Assembly (NCBI GenBank): GCA_947384955.1
Contig: CANDJC010000005.1
Span: 2,268 to 66,267 of the forward strand
DNA: 64,000 nt
Direction of reading: 5' to 3'
Source: an uncultured Eubacterium sp.
GTDB lineage: Bacteria; Bacillota; Clostridia; Lachnospirales; Lachnospiraceae
The notes beneath the pieces are model-generated. The model was not told the origin of the DNA, ran no database searches, and saw only the letters and a program-made list of their open reading frames with translations. The translations under genes were made by a program, and so were the position numbers. Of the stretch, positions 36,640 through 45,800 are shown piece after piece (the stretch's first letter is position 1; the number at the start of each line of letters is the position of its first letter).

Positions 36640-36706
36640 TGCATAAACTCCTTTCTGGGCAGGTTTGGTTAATAAATGCTTTTTCATATAAATAAAACCT
36701 GATTAC

Positions 36707-36735
36707 ATTTTATAAGTAATTGAGAGATTTGTAAA
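36707..36735 (-). promoter_or_regulatory. Sigma-A promoter of the SIR2-FHA/kinase operon
   Basis: On the minus strand TTTACA-17 nt-TAAAAT, about 70 nt upstream of the SIR2 start. Confidence 0.65.
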
Positions 36736-37160
36736 GTGGATGTTGATTTGGGATAAAAATAAAGTGCCAATTGGCTCGTTTGTTTGAACTGTAAGTTGAT
36801 AAACAGCTGTTTAGATAGTCCATTGAATTGCTGCAATTATAATTTTGCTGGTGTAATATTCATTTAAAATCGCTTCATGATGGGATTTTACACTCTTGAA
36901 TCACTTTCCTGTGTCTCGCACAGCAATTGTGCAGGACTATCTGAATAGTTACGTTAATAGTGACAGATTATCTGAAAATCAGTACAAATAGTGTTTACAC
37001 CGGCCGAAAACTATGGTATTTTATAGATATTAGAAATATAGTTTAAGTATTTATATTAATTAAGAGAAAAGGGAGGTTAGAAAAAGAATACTTACATAAT
37101 GAATGTGCTGATGAAAAGTCAGTTTAAAAGTTACTGCATAAGAAAAGGAGGATAAGATTT

Positions 37161-37292
37161 ATGGAGGAACTGGTACGTCAGGTTCTGCTGTTTGGATGGG
37201 ATATTTTGAAAATTGTACTGGCAGTAAAGGCAGCGTGGATTGCGTATATTATTTATGGAATTCATAAAGGATTTATTCATTATTCAGCGTAA
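37161..37292 (+). CDS. Small hydrophobic protein (43 aa)
   Basis: Below the track cutoff. AAGGAGG RBS; MEELVRQVLLFGWDILKIVLAVKAAWIAYIIYGIHKGFIHYSA*; one TM-length helix. Confidence 0.5.
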   Translation: MEELVRQVLLFGWDILKIVLAVKAAWIAYIIYGIHKGFIHYSA

Positions 37293-37634
37293 TTAAAAAA
37301 GAATGTCTGGTGTACTGGCTCCAGACATTCTTTTTTCTAGTTAGTGTGGCGGCAGTTTTGTTATTTTGTTACAAAATGCTGCCCCGGATGTATATTTTTG
37401 TTGTGTTCTGCATATGCGTATGTTATAATCCGTATAAAGCATATTTTCTTCATGCAGAGATTCCGTATCTTGCATGCCAGGGGGACATATCCCGTCAGAA
37501 AGACAATTCTTGCCGGCTGCCGTTCAGGCACGCTGCAGCCGAAATCACAGAAAATCCATGCTTTAAAATCATAAAAAAACAGGGCAGGGGTTTTCCGGGA
37601 GAAGGCCCCTGCGGCATACAGGAGGAAGACAGAA

Positions 37635-38951
37635 ATGAAAAATGAAACGGCAGAAAAGAGGGCCGTACAGGGGAATCCGGCAGGAGCGGGAGTGAATGCG
37701 GCATCGCATGCGGCATCTATAAGCAGCGCGGAGGAATACGGCAGGATTACCGGGCAGCGAAGGGCAGCGGACGGAGTGATGAAGGAGCTGCTGAAAAATG
37801 CCAGGTTTACAGGGGCGCTGCTGGCAGCCCTGCTCAGGGAGCTGGAAGGAGAGACGCTGGATGATTTCTGCAGGCACACGGGTGCCGATGTGCTTACGGG
37901 AAGCTCGCTGGGAGGCCTGGCCACGGAAGTCGGGAGCCTTTATACGAAGGACATCCGGCTGGACCTTGTGTTTGAGCATGCGGCGGCCGGGATGATGCTG
38001 AGGATAAACGAGGAGGCTCAGACGAAGCAGAAATCGTTTCAGGAAAGGAACCTGAAGTCCTATCCGCTGACCGCGCGGGCAGTCTATTATGCATCGCTTG
38101 CGGTGGCGACACAGCTTCAGGCAATAGACGAATACCATAAAATCAGGAAAGCATACAGCGTATGGCTCTGCTACGAGCGTCCGGTTCCAGACATGAGGGA
38201 GCCGGTCATCCGGTACAGCCTGCGGCCGGAAGAGGAGTATAAATATAAAGACGGCACGCCGCTGACAGAGTGCAGAAGGAAATATGACAGCGGGGACCTG
38301 ATGGGGATCGTGCTGGTATCCGTGCCGGACGTGGAGCGGGTGTATGGAGACAGCGCCCTTCTGCACAGCGGAAAATACAGTGAAGAAATGATAACGGAGC
38401 TGTATTATCTGCTTTCGGAAAAAACAGACAGCAGACAGAGAAAACAGTATTATTATGACCGCGGGATTATCAAGCGCGGAAGCGAGGAGGGAAACATGGT
38501 GTCAGCAATTGAGGAATTAAAACAGGCAGCGGAAAACGAGAGAAGAAACATGACGTCAGTAATGGAAGAATTAAAACAGGCAGCGGAAGACGAGAGAAGA
38601 AACATGACGTCGGCAATGGAAGAATTAAAACAGGCAGCGGAAAACGAGAGAAGAAGCATGACGTCGGCAATGGAGGAATTAAAACAATCAGCAGAAGACG
38701 AGAGAAAATGGAAAGAAACATTTAAGAGGAAAGCAGAAGAATCGGAAAGGAAGGCAGGGGAATCAGCAAGGAAACTGGAAGAATCCAAGAAAAAGGCATC
38801 AGAAGCAGAACGTGCAGTAGTGTCATTAACTGTGAATATGGGAAAATACAGCGGCCTGGACATACAGGGGCAGATATCCATGATAGCGGAACAGTTAAAG
38901 ATAGGGACAGAAGAAGCCGGGGAGCTGTACCGGGTATATTCCGGCTGCTGA
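37635..38951 (+). CDS. Rpn-like PD-(D/E)XK nuclease family protein with a repeat coiled-coil C-terminus
   Basis: IRLDLVF...RINEEAQ...ARAVYYAS...KIRKAYSVWLC follows the Rpn/'PD-(D/E)XK transposase' pattern; RBS GGAGG. Confidence 0.75.
   Translation: MKNETAEKRAVQGNPAGAGVNAASHAASISSAEEYGRITGQRRAADGVMKELLKNARFTGALLAALLRELEGETLDDFCRHTGADVLTGSSLGGLATEVGSLYTKDIRLDLVFEHAAAGMMLRINEEAQTKQKSFQERNLKSYPLTARAVYYASLAVATQLQAIDEYHKIRKAYSVWLCYERPVPDMREPVIRYSLRPEEEYKYKDGTPLTECRRKYDSGDLMGIVLVSVPDVERVYGDSALLHSGKYSEEMITELYYLLSEKTDSRQRKQYYYDRGIIKRGSEEGNMVSAIEELKQAAENERRNMTSVMEELKQAAEDERRNMTSAMEELKQAAENERRSMTSAMEELKQSAEDERKWKETFKRKAEESERKAGESARKLEESKKKASEAERAVVSLTVNMGKYSGLDIQGQISMIAEQLKIGTEEAGELYRVYSGC
38496..38711 (+). 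repeat. Four in-frame 54-bp tandem repeats (18 aa, M-x-S-x-x-EELKQ-x-AE-x-ER)
   Basis: Units begin with ATG at 38496, 38550, 38604, 38658. Confidence 0.9.
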
Positions 38952-39868
38952 TGCCAGGCTGGCGCGGCTGTATCAGAACATCTGTCTTAGAGTGCCAGGC
39001 ATTTATGACAGTGGCAGCCGGGGAGGAAGTTCAGGAAATCCGTGTTACGAAAAAAGGAAGTGCAGTCTGTGAATCTGCGTGCTGAATGGGTTTTCTGACG
39101 GGCTGTTATGATTTTAGCTTAAACTGCATGGACGGAAATATCCAGTGTTCCGGGCCGTGCAGTTTTGTTATTGAGAGAGTTTGCCGGAATATCATTTCAT
39201 TTTAATGTCCGGCGTTTAGAATATAAAGTGAGAGGTATTTGATTACAGGCAGTTTTCCTGGTTTTTAGGAAAGAATCAGCCAGTCAGCTTCTTTCGGGAA
39301 GGTTAAAAAAATCCAGGATTAAGGTTAATAATATAAAAAAACGAGCCGATATATTATTAAACTATCTAATGGGATAAGTCTGCCTGGCGGCCTGTTTTAG
39401 GTGAACCGGAAGGCATTTCCCTGAATATAGATAATAGTGTATGCTCTTCGGGTGAAAAGAACATACATGAATGCAGCAGCTGTGGATTTTGTATCAGAAT
39501 ACGGCCTGTTTAGCCTGGGGTGTCTGCTTTGCATGACAGGATGGGAATGTGTGCGGATACGGCTGGGGAACGCTGGCGGGTGTGTAACGGCGGCGGGATT
39601 TGAATTTATGGGACGGCTGATACAAGGGCTGGCAGGCTGCAGTGCCGGGACAGGAAGGAAATCAGATTTTCATATTGGTGTGGCACACCGCATTTGGCAT
39701 GACGCCTGTGTTTGATGAGACTGGCGGTCAATGCGGCTGCTTTAGCATGGGGCAGGTGTTTTGCGAACTGCGGTGCATGGAATGTGAGATGGTTTTCCGG
39801 TTCCCGGAGGTTAGGTAGTCTGGTGTGGAAAGAAGTCTGATGTGGGAAGACGGAGAGGAAGGGAATTT

Positions 39869-42800
39869 ATGTACAAGGATGTATGGAAGAAATTTGGTGC
39901 GAAAGTATTCATTGTATTGTGCTCCATACTGTTAGTGGGGGGAGTGGCGATTGCTGCGCCGAGGCTGCTTGCGGCTGATAGGGGGGTATCGCTGGAAAAT
40001 GTTATTTTTGTGGAAGCTGGCGGCAATGAACCTTCGATAACGTCTGGAGCGGCAATTATAACGCTAAATCAAGCTGATCAGTTTTATAGTTTGGATGAAA
40101 ATGGCGGAGTGATAGCTGCGATACCGTCTAGTTTGACGTTAAAGTATCTGAATGACAACGGTAAGGAAACAACAGAAACGATTTATGAGGGCAATGATTA
40201 TATTTTTGCTGATAATACGGAGGAAGATCAAGCAAAAAAAATAGCGCCTGATGGGGTAGATATAAAAATTAAAGCGGCAAGGGGGTCGAATTATTTAGTA
40301 GATGATGCTAAAACTTGTACAATTACGTATAACATTAAAAAGTCCTCTTTAAAGAAAATTGCAACGGATGCTATTCAAACGAATAATCCGGGATATCAGA
40401 ATATTACTAGGACGGTGTTGGTTTCAAATGGAAACGAGGCAATTACTCCGAAGAATATTAAGATTAACGTTACCTATGGCTCTAAAACTTTCTTTTTGCC
40501 GGAAAGTGAGTATGATATATATGAGGCTCAGGGCAGTTCGGGTTCTTATACAGAAACGAATAATCTGAATCCGGTTCCGAATAAGTTAGGACGATATGCA
40601 GTATATATTAAATATAAAAATTTTTATCTTGGAAATAATGAAAATGTTGTTTCAGAATCTTTTGAATTTGATATAAAAAAGGATGCTTCTAATTTTACGA
40701 TTCAGGCATGGGCTGATGATAAGGGTACGCAAGAGTATATCCCAACGAATGTTTCTGTTAACCCGATGAAGGTGCAAGTGTTTGATGGAACAACGGATGT
40801 AAGTGCATTCTTTGATTTTAGTTATCCGTATGAAACAAAGGGAGATGGAACAACTGTTAAACAAGTGGTAGCAAAACCTAAGGAAACATCTAATTACATC
40901 GGAGATGTAATAAAAAGCTGGACAGTTTCAGAAAAACCATTAGATGTAAAGTTTAGGAATGGACGTCCAGATGGAACCTTGGATGTAATGGATTATGATA
41001 ATGCGGTGGATGGATATAAAGGGGTGCAGACTTACGAGATTCAGAAACAGCCGCTGACGGTCAGAGTAGGAGGAACTGACTATGCTCTGGATATTAACCG
41101 ATATGAGATTATTGGTTATACAGTTGTAAAAAGCGAGAGGGATAACACCCCTATTCCAGGCGGAACAGCCGGAATTATTATGATGGAAATACAAACGGAT
41201 TCTACGTATAACCCGGCTCCAAATACGACAGGATATTTATATTATGGAATCCGGCGAAATATTGCGAATGCAAGGTTTAAAGATAATGAGGGTGATGAAG
41301 ATGCGAACCAAATCAAATATAATGGAAATACGCATTATAGAACACCTTATATATATTTTAATGATGCTCCAGATAATGTAGAATATAAATTGGTGAAAGA
41401 TACGGACTATACTTTAACTTATTCATTGAAAAAACGCGGAGATGGTTCTGTGGTGACAGGCAGCGGAAAGGATGTTGTTACTGATGCAGGAACTGTTTCT
41501 ATGACAGTTACAGGCAAAGCTGGTACAGGTGAACCGGGTTCAAGGACAGATTTGCCGGGATATTATGGTACTTTGACGGGGGAGAGTTATCCAGATGCAT
41601 TGACATATACTATTCAGGCAAAGAGCATTAGTGAATACGATATGTCATATAATGATGTTACTTATCAGCTGGAAGATACGCCGCCAAATGTTGCTACAGC
41701 TGAGACGAATGTTTATTTTAAACCAAAGGACGAGAATCTTAGGACCATTTACCTAGCGCATATGACTCCTATAAAGGATTATTCAATAGATTATTATTTC
41801 AAACAGGCGTGCGCGGAAAGTGATTATATTGAAAATTGGCAGCAATCTGTCGAAGACGGAGATATTGAAGCTGGAGGGACATATTATGCTAAAATTACAT
41901 TTACTGGGAATCAGAAAGATTTTGTTGTAATACCATTAAAGATGGTTGCGTATGAACTTACCAATGTTAAAATCGATGTCAAAGACTGGTGTAATCAAGA
42001 AGGCGAGACTGATGGAAAGCATATATATAATGGAAAACAGCATTCATTGAATGTTGTAGTAACAGTGAAAGATGATCCGTCGAGACCGCCACTGGTGCAG
42101 GGTGACAGACCAGGAAGGGGAGATTACTGGCTGGAATATGATGCTGCTTCTGACAGAGTGAATGTTTCGGGTCAAGACCAGAACGTGTTAGTAACAATTA
42201 AATTTAAAAGCGGTGCAGAAACAACTAGAAAGTTTAAAATACATCCTCGGCAGGTTGAAACTGGAAAGGTTAAAATTACTGCGACAGGATTCCAGAATAC
42301 TTCAAGCGGCACTACGCATTTATTTAATGGCATAGGAGACGATAAAGTTCCGGCGCTGGATAAACTGGAACTTTCTTATCAGAAAGCAGGTGGTTCAACA
42401 GAAACATTAACAATGTATGAGAAGGCTGGAGTACAGATAGAAGATGGTACACTTTCGAATGATGATTATGATGTTTTGCCAGGGCTTTATGATGCAAACG
42501 GAAACAAGGTAAATCTGAATTCAATCAGTATGGATGCATCTTATTACTATGCAATTGAGCCGAAGGGGAATTTTGAAGGTAAATTTATCAGTGGGGATAA
42601 GAAGTATGTACTAGCTGGACCATTTAAATTTATCAAAAAGGACTTAGGTGCAAAAGAAATTACCTATAGAGACAAATCAACAAAGGGTGATCTTGTTATG
42701 ACCCGATGGAAATTTGATACTGAGGCTGAATATAGGCAAAAGGTAGAAGAATGGCTTAATTCGCATCTTGAAGTATGGGATGAGGATTTAAAGCAGGCAG

Positions 42801-45800
42801 TAGACCCAGGGAATTATACAATTGATTTAGACAATAGTAATAAAATAGATGAAAATGGAACAATTGTATTTAGAATTGTAGCAACACCGAATGGGTGCTA
42901 TGAGAATGAAAAAGAAAAATTGATTATTTATACTGGTGAAGATATCGCAAAGACGGAGGTGAGGGAAAAAGGCACGACAGTATACCATTCGTTTGTAAAT
43001 AGAGAAACAACATTGGATAATCCTTATAGTAAGGTGTCATCTACGGGGGATTTGTATGGCTTGAATTTTGGAGATGCGGATGACGGCAGCTATACATGTG
43101 TGTATTCTGGAGGCAGAAATTTTACAGATATAATAGGGGTCAATCAAAAATATACAGTTGGGACATTTATTGAACCTGTAAAAGACAGCAGTAATCCACA
43201 AAAACAGCAGATGGCCTCTGTTACGCTTACGGGTAAAAGTGGTTTTCATGGAACTGTAACTATTTATATCAAAGTAGAAAACCACCATTTTGACCAGACA
43301 CATTATGAAATTAGGATTCCAGATCAGATTTATAATGGTAAGGAGCAGACACCGGCATTTACTGTCTGGTATAGTGCAACTGGTAAAAGTGATGCGAATC
43401 CTAATCCAACGGACTGGGAACGTCTTCCAGATGATTGTTATGACCCGAATACTGTGGAATGGCTGAGAAACAAAAATGCAAATGAAATTTACGGAACGAA
43501 TGGCAAGTATGATACGAATGAACTTTCACAAGTAACAATACATGGTCAGTTTGGGTATGACGGTCCATTGAAGGGATGGTTTGTTATAAAGCCATTTGAT
43601 ATTACAAATGGAACGGATGGCGTAGATAATATGAACATCAATGGCATCAGATTTAATGATGGTTATAATACGCTGAGTGGTATCATGTATGTACCATACA
43701 CATATTTGGATTCAAATTCTGCTGCAGAAGGAATAACTGACACGGGTAATATTACCGTAGAAGGAGCATGGCAGACATTTAAGCTTAACTTTTATCCAGA
43801 TGGATTATCTGGAGCACCTATAGAGTTGACCAAGGATGATTATTCGTATTATTGTACTGCAGCAGCTGCGGCTAATCAATATGATAAAAATACTAAGCCG
43901 AAAAAAGTAGGTGATTGTTATGCAGTAATCGAGGGAAAGAATAATTTTACGGGAATAATTCATGCTAAATATCGGGTAAATCAGGTTAATATGAGTGAAT
44001 CCTGTTTCGTGAGATTTGTAAATAACAAAAAGTGGAATCAATTTACAGGCGAAGAAATTCTTCCTAAGATAGAAGTAATACAGAAGGCAGAAAATGGTAA
44101 GACGTATAAACTGACAGAGGGCGAAGATTATACGCTGACTTATTCGGATAATAAGAGATTTATTACGAATGATTGGAATAACCCGACAACATGCACAACA
44201 TGGATACAAATAGACGAAGCAAGCAATGGAAATTATATTGAAGGATTTACAGAGCCTTACGTTATTTATGCAGACCTTGATCCTGGTAATGGTTTAACAA
44301 CTGCTTCGAAAAATTTGAGACTATATTGGGGTACTGACCCTAAATTGAAGATTTCATATCAGAATGTAATAAGTAAGTCGTTCGAAGGACTGAACCTTTC
44401 TGTTCAGCAATGGAAGGAAGGCGGAAGTTATGGAAGCGGTAAACTGGATGTAGATTATACAACTTATCCGATGAAGATAGGAACTCCTCCGACATCAGCC
44501 GATGTAGCTGATTATACTGTTGAATTTCCAGTAGAAACGATTGGCGGTTCAGATGACAATCCAAGGACAATGATTGTAAGAGGATTGAGCGATGGTGTGT
44601 CAAAAGGTGTAATCAGGACTTCGGGGCCTAACGGGGTGACTGTTCCGGCTGTTATTTTTGACAGTCTTCAGAATGTTGATGAAGACAGACTTTGGGAGAA
44701 CAATGGCGGTTCGTCAAATATCAGTATGAGTATTACGACTGGTTCAGCAATCAGCCATGAAGATTTATCTAAGATACTGACAGTTTACTGCGGAGGAAGA
44801 CCGCTGGTATGGGGAAAAGATTATATTTTTGAAGGACAGATGAATACGACTATCGGTCAGGGCTCGATTTTAATCAAGCCGACACCGGAGGCTTTGGCAG
44901 CCGGATATCTGACTGATGATACAAAACGGATTGATTATAATCTTGTTTCAGCCATTACTGGTATGGTGCCAAATATAAAAGATGAATACATTTATAAACA
45001 TCAGAAGTTTTTCAATACGGCAACAACTGATTTTGGCTTAAGTCTGAATGGGAAAAATCTGATTAACGGTATTGATTATACGGTGACTGTTACAGATGAG
45101 AATGATACAGAAGTGACGGAACCGGAAAACTGCGGAACATATAATTATCTGATTGTTGGAATAGGAAGTTATGGTGACAGAATCACAGGAAGTTTTAGAA
45201 TCAGGCCGTATGATCTTGGAGCGGATTATGCACAGGGCAAAGTAACAATAGAGCTTAAAAATCAAGGCCGGGTTACTTTTACGGGAAGTTCTGTTCTTCC
45301 AGAGGTAGTCAGTGTAACTGTAAAACATGGCGATTATGATACACCGTATGATTTGGTACAGATTGACGATAGTAACGCCGGAGATTACGGGGTGAGGACA
45401 GCAAAGGATAGAGATGACCCTGTACATGTTAACTGGACAGATTCAGATGGCGAAATTCCAAAAGCAGCTGTGTATGGTATGAATAATTATACAGGGCAGG
45501 TGACAGCGAATTATCTTATTGAAAAGAAGAGTATTGAGGACAGTGATATTTTCATAGATGATATTTTAGGATTAAAATATCAGAATGGGATTGAGATTAA
45601 ACCTGTTCCAACGATAACCTACAGAGAGACACCGGATAAAGATGCAAAAATTCTGCTTACATTAAGCGGAGAGGAATACAGTTCTGACAAAGACAGCGAA
45701 TATGGAAGTCAGTACAGAATACACTTTACGTATCGTTACCTTGATAACGTAAAGAATGCTGGTACGAAACACATGGAAATCGTTGGTGTCGGCAATTTTA

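Noticed and set aside
29307-36687. Assigning the SIR2 operon to Thoeris, DSR or Stk2
   Set aside because: No TIR partner or macro/SLOG domain (Thoeris), the SIR2 protein is too short and FHA-fused (DSR), and the kinases are membrane LRR receptors rather than soluble Stk2.
37310-37645. 111-aa ORF upstream of the Rpn gene, and the minus-strand ORFs 37361-37924 and 37569-38366
   Set aside because: No convincing RBS or motif; the minus-strand ORFs overlap the better-supported Rpn gene.
38496-38711. Repeat arrays here and at 59707-59880 as CRISPR or DGR elements
   Set aside because: Contiguous in-frame coding repeats with no spacers; no reverse transcriptase in the window.
38952-39868. Long intergenic region upstream of the giant adhesin: looked for a c-di-GMP riboswitch; ORF 39437-39715
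   Set aside because: Only isolated hairpins (for example CTTCT-TTCG-GGAAG near 39287); no GEMM signature that I can match; the ORF has no RBS or recognisable composition. An Infernal scan would settle it.
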